Source: an uncultured Gammaproteobacteria bacterium (lineage in GTDB: Bacteria > Pseudomonadota > Gammaproteobacteria > JABCZS01). From it: 64,000 nucleotides of DNA. Positions 34,177 through 44,608 of the stretch are shown piece after piece. Made by a program: the position numbers and the translations under genes. The stretch lies in NCBI GenBank assembly GCA_963848305.1, contig CAWKDC010000003.1, positions 151,398-215,397 on the forward strand, in the 5' to 3' direction. Numbering within the stretch: the first letter of the stretch is position 1; each line of letters starts with the position of its first letter. The notes beneath the pieces were generated by a model, which was not told the DNA's origin, ran no database searches, and saw only the letters and a list, made by a program, of their open reading frames with translations.

Positions 34177-34194
34177 ATTTTAAATGCCCCGCAT

Positions 34195-35364
34195 CTAGAT
34201 CAGCAGCCCAGTCACTGCCACCCAAACGCCAAATCCCATCACCAATATAGGCAAGAACTTGCCGCAGACTTTCAACTTGATGGCCATGAGTGGCGGGAGG
34301 ATGAATGCCATGATGGCGAGAAACACGCCGCCAAATGCCAACAGACGAATAAACCCATCAGGATACAAGATCGCGGCCAACAAGGGCAGGCCAAATGTCA
34401 ATAGCCCTATCACTTTGCGTTGTCGAAAAAAGGCAGATTGTGATGACAAGCTGTCACTTAAAAAATCAAACAGGCCGAGTGTGACGCCCAAAAATGAGGT
34501 GACGAGGGCGATGGGGGCGAGTGTTTGAATCACATAATTTAGAACCGGCTGATCGAGACGCGCAACCCACAGCGCAATGAACGGTTCAACGTCAGGTGTG
34601 GTGAGGGTGGCGAAACTGTTCGGCCCTGTGCGGGGAATAACCCCAAGCGTGATCACGACCCAGAAAATATACGCGAAGAGGGGGATCAGGCTTCCCCAGA
34701 GTAATGCTTGTTTCAGCGATGTTTCATCATACTGCATATACTGGGCCAAAGACGGAATAATATGATGGTAACCGAAAGAAACGAATAACACAGGCACGGC
34801 AAGCCATAACCCTGTCCAGGCCGGCGCACCTTCTATGGCGAGTGTGGCGTTGACGTGAGGGGTGCACAGCGCAATCATGACAATGAATAAGAGCGCTTTG
34901 ATCCCCATCAATACACGGTTCAGTGTATCCGTTGCACGGGTGCTCACGACGATGAAGGCGCCCAATACGACAGTGAATAACAATTCCAATAGCCCTGTAG
35001 GCGCCACATAGCCTTGTGACAATAACAGAGATCTCAGCAGCGAGCTGCCGCCCGTGATATACGCGACGGTCAGTGAGAATAGCAATCCGAGAACACAAGC
35101 GCGCGCAACCCATTGACCCGGTTTGCCCAAGGTGAGCAATGCCATGCGGTTGATGTGCAGATCCGTTTTCGGCAATGCCATGGTGACAGTCAATAAGATA
35201 CGCCCCGCCAATAAACTGAACAACCACATCAGCCCCAGCAGCCCCAAGGTGATAGGCACGCCTAACGACGCGGTAGCGAGGGGAATCCCAAGCATCCCTG
35301 CACCTATTGCAGTGCCGGTGATGAGCAGGGCGGATCCAACCATTTTTGAGCTCATGCTATACAT
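34195..35364 (-). CDS. aromatic amino acid permease (TyrP/Mtr, HAAAP family), copy 1
   Basis: 389-aa polytopic ORF with N-terminal GSALLITGTAIGAGMLGIPLA. The start may be the ATG at 35355, which has AGGA 8 nt upstream. Confidence 0.8.
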   Translation of the reverse strand: MYSMSSKMVGSALLITGTAIGAGMLGIPLATASLGVPITLGLLGLMWLFSLLAGRILLTVTMALPKTDLHINRMALLTLGKPGQWVARACVLGLLFSLTVAYITGGSSLLRSLLLSQGYVAPTGLLELLFTVVLGAFIVVSTRATDTLNRVLMGIKALLFIVMIALCTPHVNATLAIEGAPAWTGLWLAVPVLFVSFGYHHIIPSLAQYMQYDETSLKQALLWGSLIPLFAYIFWVVITLGVIPRTGPNSFATLTTPDVEPFIALWVARLDQPVLNYVIQTLAPIALVTSFLGVTLGLFDFLSDSLSSQSAFFRQRKVIGLLTFGLPLLAAILYPDGFIRLLAFGGVFLAIMAFILPPLMAIKLKVCGKFLPILVMGFGVWVAVTGLLI

Positions 35365-35368
35365 CCTG

Positions 35369-36580
35369 TTATGACCAAACGGGGAGTAAATTCAATTGAC
35401 GTAATATTTCAATGGTGATGAACACACCGCCCATCAGTAGTACGACAATGATCGTCAGTGTACCCCCAAATACTTGGTAGGGGGAAGACAGCGCTGGGTT
35501 TTTGCGGCGAGCATAAGCCATCAGCGCGGGTACAATCATTAAAATAATCGCCACGAAAATAGATGCGATGCTGAGTAATGCAATAAAGCCTTCGGGGTAA
35601 ACAATCACAAATATGAGCGGGGGAACAAATGTCAGCAGTGTCGTGCGCAGACGATGGGGCGTTTTATCTTTGGCATCTTGCAGGCAATCGAACAGGCCTA
35701 AACTCACGCCCAAGAAAGAAGTGATCATCGCTAAATTCGCAAAAGCGTTGATCACACCGTTGAGCCAAGGGGCTGGGCGTGCATGGCTGATCGCAATCAT
35801 CAGGGAAGACAGGGATCCATCATTTTGTGCAAGCGCTTTGAAACCCATCTCGCCTTCATAAGGCACGGTGCCCAATAATGCGGCGAGCCAAAAGATGTAA
35901 ATCAGTAACGGCAACAAACTAGCACAGCATAAGACTGTTTTGAGTGAGGAGACATCGTATTTTAAATAAGGGGCAAGTGAGGGGATCACGATGTGAAACC
36001 CGAATGCCGTTAAGACCACCGGCAGTGCAGTCAAGGTATAGGTAGGTTCAAATTGGGTGAAGAGGGGGGCCACATCAATTTGAGGCAGGAAAAATGCAAA
36101 AATCAGGCCGAGCAGGATCAACTTGATGGAGAAGAAACTGCGGTTCAATAAATCCACGGCACGTGTGCCAAAAGCCACGGTGCCTCCCAAAATCGCCGTG
36201 AAAATCAGTTCGTTCAGCCATGTGGGTGGGGCTTTGCCGAAGGCAAGCGTGCAGATGGCTTCAAATAAAGAGCCGCCGCCTGTGATATAGGCTGAAATCA
36301 GGATATATAAGAGCATCACAAATGACACGTAGGTCATGATCTTGCCGGGTTTACCCAGGGTGGCCTGTGCCATAGAGGGGTAGCTGTTGTTTGGGGCTTT
36401 AAACGCCAGATTGACTTCTAATGTTAGCAAGGCTGATACAAACATCCCCGCCCATAAGACAATGAACATCATCGTAGAGGGGATGAACCCCGGGCCGGCA
36501 GCCACCAGCGGAAATGCCAGCATGCCTGCCCCAATGGCGGTGCCAGCGGCAATGAGTGTTGACCCGATGATTTTGTTCAT
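35369..36580 (-). CDS. aromatic amino acid permease (TyrP/Mtr, HAAAP family), copy 2
   Basis: MNKIIGSTLIAAGTAIGAGMLAFPLVAAG... The track ORF begins 11 codons upstream (36613). Tandem paralog of the preceding gene. Confidence 0.8.
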   Translation of the reverse strand: MNKIIGSTLIAAGTAIGAGMLAFPLVAAGPGFIPSTMMFIVLWAGMFVSALLTLEVNLAFKAPNNSYPSMAQATLGKPGKIMTYVSFVMLLYILISAYITGGGSLFEAICTLAFGKAPPTWLNELIFTAILGGTVAFGTRAVDLLNRSFFSIKLILLGLIFAFFLPQIDVAPLFTQFEPTYTLTALPVVLTAFGFHIVIPSLAPYLKYDVSSLKTVLCCASLLPLLIYIFWLAALLGTVPYEGEMGFKALAQNDGSLSSLMIAISHARPAPWLNGVINAFANLAMITSFLGVSLGLFDCLQDAKDKTPHRLRTTLLTFVPPLIFVIVYPEGFIALLSIASIFVAIILMIVPALMAYARRKNPALSSPYQVFGGTLTIIVVLLMGGVFITIEILRQLNLLPVWS

Positions 36581-36635
36581 GATATTCCCCAACAATAAAA
36601 ACCATTCTACCATGATTCATCTTGCTTGTAGGTCA

Positions 36636-36663
36636 TTGTATCTCAGAGTAACATGACTATAAT
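36636..36663 (+). promoter_or_regulatory. putative sigma70 promoter of the 783-aa orphan gene
   Basis: TTGTAT (36636-36641), 16-nt spacer, TATAAT (36658-36663). The ATG at 36693 is preceded by AGAGG. Confidence 0.35.
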
Positions 36664-36692
36664 TGAATGAGGTTAATGAACAAGAGGTTACC

Positions 36693-39044
36693 ATGACAAC
36701 ACCAGATCCCCTGACAGCAATGACCCCTGCCCAGCGCTACGAAGCAGTAGGGCGACACTATGGAGATTCTGAGCACTCTACCGTTTTTCGGCGCCTTAGA
36801 CATCAACGCAACCTGATCACAATGAGCGATGCACTTCACGTCACGCCTGATGCAGACTCAGACCAGCTGATAAGAATCAAAACTGCATTAAAAGATTTAA
36901 CACAAATCCCGGGTTGGGCTACAAAATCATTCGAAGAACAGTGTCCCTTCATTCAAGACAGATTGGCTGCTTATGGCATTTATCTCTCACCCGGTCAAGT
37001 CGTGAATTATTTCAAAGATCCAAATGACAGCACGAAATTAAACGCTCTATTGCTACAACCCTTAACAGTTCCCCCAGCTGCTTTAACAGCTGCCGACAAT
37101 GCGCGTCATAAATTGCTGTTTCAAATCTTGCATGATGCCATCGTTGAAGATTTAAAAACAAAAGATCAAACCCTCAAGAACAAACCAGCCTCCACTGTGG
37201 CCAAACTCAATGTCTGTCTGGAACGTGTGAAAAAAGCGCTTCAACAGATTAATGATGCCGACGGTACCCCAGCGCATCCTTATAAATCGTTGAATGATCT
37301 TTACCTCATCCTCAAAACCACGACTGGGGATAAAGACAATCAAGCCAAAGAATGGGATGTGTTGTTTGCTGAGATGAAGCTAGATCAAAAGGGCAAGAAC
37401 GTCGAACGTAACGCCTATGTCGCAGCAGAATATTATCGTCTGGCGGAGAACCATGGTTTGCGTGAATTGGGTGGCGATTCATTATTTGTCAAGCAAGCGG
37501 GCACGGAACTGGGTGCTCCTGCTACCCTCCGTCGCGTGCATGATGCCAAGACGCGTCGAGGCGCTGATACCCTGCAATCCATTGAAGGGCATAAAAGGGT
37601 GATTTCTTATGTCAATTTGCCGTACACGTCTGAAGTCCTGGCAAGGATCATCAATGAGTCTCTCACCCTGGATACTTTTGCGGCCGCAGAAAAAGGTATT
37701 GGCGGTAAGCCCAACCCCTTTTTCAAACTGCCTAAATTTAAAATTGGCGACAGCGATAAAATCTATATGTATGCTGTGAAATTGGACGGTGACGAATTAA
37801 AATGGTTCAAGCAAGAACTCGTTGAATCTGAGCCTAAAACAAACCCTCCCACTTATTCCAAACAAGGCAACCCTAGCTTGTTGAGTCAATCGCAGATAAG
37901 GTTGATCAAAAACGTTGATGGTTCCGCCATGGCAGAAGATTTTTTTGATCAAGTGCTCAAGGCGCAAGATGAACTGATCAAAGCCTACGATTTTAACGTG
38001 AAATCAGATACGGGCATGACCAATGCATCATTGGTCGGTGATGCTGAGCCCATGGTGTTTGAATTTTCAGATGCCAGATTGAGTTCTGCTGCTCCCGAAC
38101 CTGCCCCTGCCCTTTCAGATGAAGACAAGCATGCACACCTTGCCGCTGTTTGGGGTGTGATGCTTGAGAAAGTGCTGAAGATCGAGGCCACAGAATTTGA
38201 TGCGTTTCGAGATGCGGTTGTTGCATTGATTGACGGGGAAAATGTACGCATGGGCTCTCCTCCAGCGCCAGCCCTCCTTGACAGATTGTCGTCCGCAGTT
38301 GGGGATGAACAGTCATTATTAGAAGAGATTGTTGAGAATATACGTAACGCTCTAAACGATGCAAAAGGTTCGCGCCTCATGCCTGCGGAAATAGCCATTT
38401 TGAATGCGCTCGTTGCTCAATATGACACATCCAGGCCTACTGACCGCGCTTCATTCAACACAATGCTGACGACAAACAATATTGAATTGGACAAGGCAGT
38501 TCCTCCAGGGCTAGAAAGAGCATTATTCAGAGCGCAGTCGCATCGTATTGCTGATCGTGAGCCCCTCACGCTATTCGGTCATGCCGAGGCTTCAGATGCC
38601 TTCCGTTTCAATGTGTTGACAAGCATGGGAAATGATTATCTTACTTATGGCTTCGCAAAATATGTCAATGCAGCTGGTACCAATCCCATTGTGATTGAAA
38701 TCGATGGTCAACAATATGCTTTCAAGCCAACAGAAACAAGTGGGGGTAACAACAGTTATGCAGTGTATACATGGAATAGTGATGGCAGTGAGGGCGGTAT
38801 TTATATCCCTGAGAACAAGGAAAAAGAACTAGCATTCCGCGCAGGTTTGGCGCAATGCCTATTGAAGAAGGCGAAAGAGGCGCTCCCGGCAACATCGACG
38901 GCTGAACGTGATGCACTGGACAAAGTAAAAATCCTCATGAGTGGCAAGAATGACAAGGGAGAGCCCTCGGTGGTGAGACATGAGTGGAATAAGCCACTCA
39001 GCGAAGCAGACAAGACTTCAAGTAAGCTTAAACCTGGCAGCTAA
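36693..39044 (+). CDS. hypothetical large soluble protein (783 aa from ATG 36693; the track ORF starts at a TTG at 36663)
   Basis: Long uninterrupted ORF with a good RBS. No TM segment, signal peptide or recognisable domain. Confidence 0.6.
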   Translation: MTTPDPLTAMTPAQRYEAVGRHYGDSEHSTVFRRLRHQRNLITMSDALHVTPDADSDQLIRIKTALKDLTQIPGWATKSFEEQCPFIQDRLAAYGIYLSPGQVVNYFKDPNDSTKLNALLLQPLTVPPAALTAADNARHKLLFQILHDAIVEDLKTKDQTLKNKPASTVAKLNVCLERVKKALQQINDADGTPAHPYKSLNDLYLILKTTTGDKDNQAKEWDVLFAEMKLDQKGKNVERNAYVAAEYYRLAENHGLRELGGDSLFVKQAGTELGAPATLRRVHDAKTRRGADTLQSIEGHKRVISYVNLPYTSEVLARIINESLTLDTFAAAEKGIGGKPNPFFKLPKFKIGDSDKIYMYAVKLDGDELKWFKQELVESEPKTNPPTYSKQGNPSLLSQSQIRLIKNVDGSAMAEDFFDQVLKAQDELIKAYDFNVKSDTGMTNASLVGDAEPMVFEFSDARLSSAAPEPAPALSDEDKHAHLAAVWGVMLEKVLKIEATEFDAFRDAVVALIDGENVRMGSPPAPALLDRLSSAVGDEQSLLEEIVENIRNALNDAKGSRLMPAEIAILNALVAQYDTSRPTDRASFNTMLTTNNIELDKAVPPGLERALFRAQSHRIADREPLTLFGHAEASDAFRFNVLTSMGNDYLTYGFAKYVNAAGTNPIVIEIDGQQYAFKPTETSGGNNSYAVYTWNSDGSEGGIYIPENKEKELAFRAGLAQCLLKKAKEALPATSTAERDALDKVKILMSGKNDKGEPSVVRHEWNKPLSEADKTSSKLKPGS

Positions 39045-39882
39045 TAGCACATACATTGCCACACTGATCGTCAATCCCAGCACCGCATTGCCTTTAAAAA
39101 ATGCCAGCGGTGAACGGGTGATCCATTGTTTCAATACCCATGGGTATAAAACGAAACACAGTATTGCGCCTATCAACCCCGCATAAAGGGTGGAAGTATG
39201 TGCCCCGGCAATCCCTAATAATACAAAGAAACCTGCATATCCTACACATAATGCAATATCCAGATATCGTCCCAAACTCAATGCGCTCGAACGCAGACCA
39301 ATGCGTTGATCATCTTTTTGATCGGCCAATGCATACACGGTATCGTACGTGAAGTGTCCACACCACGCTCGCGAGATACAACGCAAAAGCGCGGGAAGAC
39401 AATGCGCCCGCTTGCGCGAACACCATCAAGACACCCATGTTGAAAGTGATGCCCAATATTAATTGAGGATAAGCAAAAAAGCGTTTGGTGAGGGGATACA
39501 ATACCGTTAATGCAGCGGCGAACAGTGCTAAACAACGCGCAGGATTGTTCAGGAAAAACAGCAATCCCAATAAACACACAGTTAAGATCAATAAAGCGCC
39601 ATATGCCTCAGTCACTGACACTGCACCTGTGACGAGTGGCCGTTGTTTCGTGCGTTCAACATGCCCATCAAACCCTCGATCACACAGATCATTGATGATG
39701 CAACCCGCAGCGCGCGTCAACACCACACCAAGTGTGAATACGATGACCATCAAAATGGGGGGATGGCCTTGATACGCTAAGAGCAATGCCCATGACACAG
39801 GAAAAAATAATAAGAGCGTGCCGATCGGTTTATCAAACCGCATGAGTTGCCAATATGCGATGAATTTAGGTTGGGTCAGCAT
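39018..39882 (-). pseudogene. ubiA: 4-hydroxybenzoate polyprenyltransferase, interrupted by a frame shift
   Basis: MLTQPKFIAYWQLMRFDKPIGTLLL...CIINDLCDRGFDGHVERTKQRPL is in ORF 39310..39921. FTYDTVYALADQKDDQRIGLRSSALSLG is in ORF 39018..39386. The junction is at about 39349-39358 and fits one extra base. Confidence 0.85.
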
Positions 39883-40396
39883 GCAAAAAAATCTCCACGA
39901 TAGATATTCGTTCACCTTCAACGTCGTACACCCTTTCGCGTGCGGGAGTAATGGGCGGGAAGGGCAGGGGCGGTAATGTCAATGTAAGCGTATTCAGATC
40001 GCGCAAATTAAAACTGATTGCCTCGTGATGCGTCTGTTGAAACAACCAATCTCCCAATGGCTGATCACCCAGCGTGGCCAACCCAGGCAGACGCTTGTAG
40101 CTCTCGCTGCTCATGCGTGTTCGGGCAAAGACAATGGGCACGTCATCCCCCAGCATCAAGACTTCCCTGACCCAATCACCGTTTTGATGGGTTTCAGACA
40201 AACGCTGAATTTGGACAGATGAGTAAGATTGACGCAGGGCCGCGGTTAAAGATCCTTCTACGGCCAGGAGTGCTTGAATCTTGGGCGCAAGAGTGCCATC
40301 ATGCGTCATCGCAAGAGGAGAAGCGGGACATGGCATCACACAGTTCTTTGGCATTGTTGCGGGTACTCGCTGATGGAGAGTTTCATTCCGGGGCAT
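39866..40396 (-). CDS. ubiC: chorismate pyruvate-lyase
   Basis: LLAVEGSLTAAL and GDQPLGDWLF motifs. Overlaps the ubiA start. The true start is uncertain (ATGs at 40396, 40354, 40336, 40309), and the longer options overlap the divergent birA 5' end. Confidence 0.7.
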   Translation of the reverse strand: MPRNETLHQRVPATMPKNCVMPCPASPLAMTHDGTLAPKIQALLAVEGSLTAALRQSYSSVQIQRLSETHQNGDWVREVLMLGDDVPIVFARTRMSSESYKRLPGLATLGDQPLGDWLFQQTHHEAISFNLRDLNTLTLTLPPLPFPPITPARERVYDVEGERISIVEIFLHADPT

Positions 40397-41286
40397 CCCT
40401 GGCTGCCCAGTTTAACATGACTCGCGCAGGGGTTCATCACCATATTGATGTGTTACGTGGACAGGGCGTGCCTTTTGAAGGCGTTCCCAAAAAAGGGTAC
40501 CGTATTCCAGGCGGTATGTCGTTATTGGATGAAGCGGGATTGGCTGAAAGCTTGCCCGGTATCGATATTCATTATCATGACACACTTCCTTCAACCCAAG
40601 ACTACCTACTGCCCATCGCCCGTCAAAAACCGACGCATCCGATATTATGTGTCACTGAATGTCAAACAAAAGGCCGTGGCCGAGGGAGCAAATCTTGGCA
40701 CGCACCATTAGGCGCTGCGTTGTGTTTTTCGATCTGCGTGGTGATTAACAAACCCATGCAGGCGTTAAGTGGTTTCACGCTGGCACTGGGTGTGGCGTTG
40801 CGTGAATCGTTGGCTGAACTGGGCGCGACTGATTTGCAGTTAAAATGGCCGAATGATCTGTTCCATGCATCCGGCGCAAAACTCGCGGGAATTTTAACGG
40901 AAGCCTTCGGCGACATGGACGGTCCGACGCGCATGGTGATTGGCATTGGGTTGAATGTGAAAGTGCCCGCAGTGCATATGTCCATGCTCGATCAACCTTG
41001 GACTGATCTGCAATCGTGTATGACCGATTCGGTTTTATCACGTCAATCGCTGTTGATACACATCACACAGTCGTTATTGGCGGCATGTGATCGATATGAA
41101 CGTGAAGGCTTTGAACCGTTTCGGTGTCTTTACAATCAGCATGATTATTTGAAAGGAAAAACGATTGGGTTTCAGGAGCAGGATGTATTGATGAAAGCAG
41201 TCGTTCAAGGCGTTGGCGAATCAGGCGAATTGTTGATTGATCGGCCGCCATTTAAGCTGATAGGAACAGCAGTCAAAGTAATCTAG
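40330..41286 (+). CDS. birA: bifunctional biotin--[acetyl-CoA-carboxylase] ligase / biotin operon repressor
   Basis: N-terminal HTH (LLRVLADGEFHSGASLAAQFNMTRAGVHHHIDVL), ligase motif TKGRGRGSKSW. AGAGGAGAAG precedes the ATG at 40330; the track ORF starts at 40219. Confidence 0.85.
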   Translation: MASHSSLALLRVLADGEFHSGASLAAQFNMTRAGVHHHIDVLRGQGVPFEGVPKKGYRIPGGMSLLDEAGLAESLPGIDIHYHDTLPSTQDYLLPIARQKPTHPILCVTECQTKGRGRGSKSWHAPLGAALCFSICVVINKPMQALSGFTLALGVALRESLAELGATDLQLKWPNDLFHASGAKLAGILTEAFGDMDGPTRMVIGIGLNVKVPAVHMSMLDQPWTDLQSCMTDSVLSRQSLLIHITQSLLAACDRYEREGFEPFRCLYNQHDYLKGKTIGFQEQDVLMKAVVQGVGESGELLIDRPPFKLIGTAVKVI

Positions 41287-41303
41287 TATAGGCGCTGGGG
41301 TTG

Positions 41304-42383
41304 TTACTTCGTACCAGCTTCTATCTTATTATATCGCACCGTCTCAATCTCCCCCCTCGACCACAACAACTTCGCCGATTGTTTAAACTCATTTCGGCAC
41401 CGATACGCCTCATATGCTGTTGCCAACACAAATCCCATCAGAACCAACGTAACGCCTGCAGAGGGTTCAAAGCGCTCCATATCAGGACTCAAAAAATAAG
41501 TTTTATCGGGATTGTTTAAAATCATCGCGAACCCTGTGATCAACAGGGCGCTCGCGCTGATGTAGGGCAGTGCTGAAGGTTGATTGGGATCTATCTTTGG
41601 AAGATGGTTTTGTTTGTGCTGCATCCGCCTCTGTCCTTCAAACGACAATCGATCCAGCATCGTCACCGTAACCCATTCCGGCCATCGTGACAATGCCCGT
41701 GCCGACAGACGGATCCCATCATTCAGAATAGGAATCATGTTGGATACAATCAATAAGAGAGCACCCAACATCAGCCCGCCCTCAACAGTGCGTGTCGGAT
41801 CAAAAAAGAGAAACCATAACCCTATGGTCACGCCTGTCATCGTCACGCCATACATCAAATTTTTGACGGCTTTTTCTGGAGGTTGTTTTTGAACATCGGT
41901 TGTTTTGTGTTCATTGATAAAAATCTTCAAGAAATATCGCACAGCCGTGGGCGCCACAACACCCCATAAAAACAATTCTTGGCCGAGCGACAACCAATGT
42001 GCCAAGTCAAGCCCTAGTGGTGTGGGTGCCAGCGCAGCGTTTCCCAAGTGTTCGGCCAGCAATACGGTGCCCAAGATCAGCGCCAATGAGGCAGCAATAT
42101 TGGCAATCATTTTGAGTCCATAAAAGATTTTATTCAAGGTCTTTTTGTGGAAATAAAGACTGCCGAATCTGAAAACGATTCGTGCATCCTCTCGCTGTCT
42201 CTGTTTATCCGCAAAATACCACCAACATCGTCCAATATCGATCAGCGTGATGAATAAAAAGAAGAAATGGGCATATTCTCCCACAAACGGAGCCAGGGCT
42301 GCTAACGGCACAAAGAAACGGAAAAAGGCAGTTTCTGACAGCCCGAGTACAGTTTTAATAGGTTTTAAATGCTCAACTGCCAT
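41304..42383 (-). CDS. hypothetical polytopic membrane protein (359 aa)
   Basis: Several hydrophobic helices (FFFLFITLIDI, IANIAASLALILGTVLLA, VTMTGVTIGLWFLFF, LMLGALLLIVSNMIPIL, ALLITGFAMIL, VTLVLMGFVLATA). No recognisable domain. Confidence 0.55.
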   Translation of the reverse strand: MAVEHLKPIKTVLGLSETAFFRFFVPLAALAPFVGEYAHFFFLFITLIDIGRCWWYFADKQRQREDARIVFRFGSLYFHKKTLNKIFYGLKMIANIAASLALILGTVLLAEHLGNAALAPTPLGLDLAHWLSLGQELFLWGVVAPTAVRYFLKIFINEHKTTDVQKQPPEKAVKNLMYGVTMTGVTIGLWFLFFDPTRTVEGGLMLGALLLIVSNMIPILNDGIRLSARALSRWPEWVTVTMLDRLSFEGQRRMQHKQNHLPKIDPNQPSALPYISASALLITGFAMILNNPDKTYFLSPDMERFEPSAGVTLVLMGFVLATAYEAYRCRNEFKQSAKLLWSRGEIETVRYNKIEAGTK

Positions 42384-42396
42384 TCATGGATTCCTG

Positions 42397-42883
42397 TTAC
42401 TTCGTGATAACGCCACATGCTATTCTTGCGCCGCCACCACCCAGTGGTTTGGGTGTGTCATGGTAGTTGTCCCCACCGGCGTGGATCATCAAGGCATGGC
42501 CACTGACATCAGCCACTTTTAAGCGGGGAGAGAGAAGAGGGAGGGTCGCTTTGCCATCTGCATCCACGATGAGCACGGGCAAATCACCCAGGTGGCCGTT
42601 ACCATAAGGGCCAGCATGAATGCCGGTGTGGGCTGGGTCAAGGTGTGCGCCAGCACCATTGGCATGCGTCCGCGCAAGAGGGCATGGCATGAATATGGAA
42701 GCCATGTACGCCGGCGGGCAGCCCTGTTAACTGGGGGGTGATGAGGATGCCGCCGAGTGGGCTGTCTTCCATCGCCACTTGACCCATGGGCTTTCCGTTT
42801 TCAGCGCTGGCCAGATTGACAGTGACATGGTCAGCCAGTGCGATGGTAGGCAACAGTAGGGCGATCATCAGGGATTTTTGCAT
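42397..42883 (-). pseudogene. sodC: periplasmic Cu,Zn superoxide dismutase, interrupted by a frame shift
   Basis: The signal peptide MQKSLMIALLLPTIALA and [13 protein letters not shown] are in ORF 42638..42925. [12 protein letters not shown]...GHLGDLP...[28 protein letters not shown] is in ORF 42397..42705. The junction is at about 42668-42675 and fits one extra base. Confidence 0.85.
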
Positions 42884-42928
42884 GAGTGGACTCCTTCCAA
42901 TGGCCTTAAAGCATACCACTTTCACTGT

Positions 42929-44483
42929 TTATTGGCTAGCAGGAAGCACTGCATTGACCGCGGCCCTTGCATCTAATGCGTAGGTGTTTGTCGTGCATCC
43001 GCTTTCATTACAATGATTATAGGTATCGGCCGATCCTTGCAAACTGTTCACGATACTATTAAATGTATAGCTTGTGCTGTTATGCTTTAAAACGCTTATC
43101 ATATTGGCCACGGCAGCAGTCACGTGGGGTGTGGCCATAGATGTGCCTTGGTAATACACCCAGGCGCTTTTGCCTCTTTGTGCAGGAGATTGAAATGCTT
43201 GAAGCGAAGACCAAATGGTTGAGTAGACTTGACCATTGGGATTATAAATGGTGCTGTCTCCGCCTGATGCTGCAATGGTGGTTGGACCGAAAGTTACTGT
43301 AGAACGCGAGTTGGTTCGTTGGGCCTTTGGCTGCCACCGAAATGATATTTTCACAACCTGCAGGTGAGAAATCTGCAACACTGGAATCAGAGTTCCCGGC
43401 CGCGGCGACCACGATGCCGCCTGCTGCAATCACGGCATTGATGGTTTGTTGAAAAACGGTATTGTGACAAGATTCTGCAGCACCCAAACTCATGTTCAAT
43501 ACTTGTGCAGGATATGCGTTGACGGGCACAGTTTGTTGGGGTGTACTGATATTAATTCCTACCGCCCACAACATCCCATTCACGACATCCGATAGATATC
43601 CACCGCATTTACCGAGTACGCGGACAGGCACTATTTTAGCGCCATATGCACCGCCCGACATATATAGCGGTGTTGATGAAGCGTACCCATTTCCAGCAAT
43701 CAGGCCCGTGACATGTGAACCGTGCCAGCTGGAATTTTCTACCGGGCAACCACTGAAAAATCCCCTTGAGTTCCGAATATCAGATGGTGAGATAAAATCG
43801 CCTAAGTCTAACGCATTGGCTTGATAGTTAATAGCGGCTTTTTTAGTAGATGTAGACGCTGCACAACTGCCTGCGATTCGGCAATCTGAAATGATTTGAT
43901 AACCGTATTGCGTGCCATCGGGTGTCAAAGGTTGTAGTGCAGTCACAATATTGGTGTTCGGTGTATAGCCCGTATCGATCACGGCAACAACCACGCCCTC
44001 TCCTGGTATAAGGCTATTTTCATTGAGTAACTCCCAAGCATTCACGAAATTATCGCCACCCCAATTGGCTCCTGTTCTGGGGGGTGTATAACTTCCGATG
44101 GCATCCATATCCCATTGTGCACGATTGATTTGGTTGACAGCAGTGGCCTGGGTTTGCAGCATGATATCTTCTGTAAAATAGACAACATCAGCGGATTGTT
44201 GTACTTGCTCAATAAATTGTGCTGTGTTTTCATGGGATAAGTTTTGATCCAGCACAATCACATGTGCACCAATGGCGAGTGGCCATAATTCTGTGGCATT
44301 AACAGTCCTGCCAGAGACTTGTGTTGCTGTTTGAGACAGTGTATCGATCCAGTCGAGGGGTAAAGAGGCCATCATGCCGTTTTGGGATTTTTGTGGTGAG
44401 GTGGTACTGATGATAAAACGTTCAGCCGCAAATGCATGCGTTGCAAGCAAAGCACACAATAAAATTGGGCACAGTCTTGTCAT
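42929..44483 (-). pseudogene. secreted subtilisin-family (S8) serine protease, interrupted by a frame shift
   Basis: Signal peptide MTRLCPILLCALLATHAFA (GGAGG 5 nt upstream). Catalytic Asp (VAVIDTG) and His (HGSHVTG) are in ORF 43242..44744. Ser (GTSMATPHV) is in ORF 42929..43429. The junction ...AFYSNF / GPTTIAASGG is at about 43286-43293. Confidence 0.82.
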
Positions 44484-44608
44484 CATAACCTCCATGTCTG
44501 TCAGTACCGAAAGTGTAGCATATTGCGATGTGGTGAGTGGGATCTTCGTTCCCTTATAGGGGCGTCTACATGGGAGGCTCTGTGCCTGATGCCTCTTCGA
44601 GGCTGAAA

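Noticed and set aside
36626-36640. TTGTAGGTC at 36626 as a further REP copy
   Set aside because: Only the TTGTAGG head matches and no complementary arm follows. The segment is better explained as part of the promoter region of the 783-aa gene.
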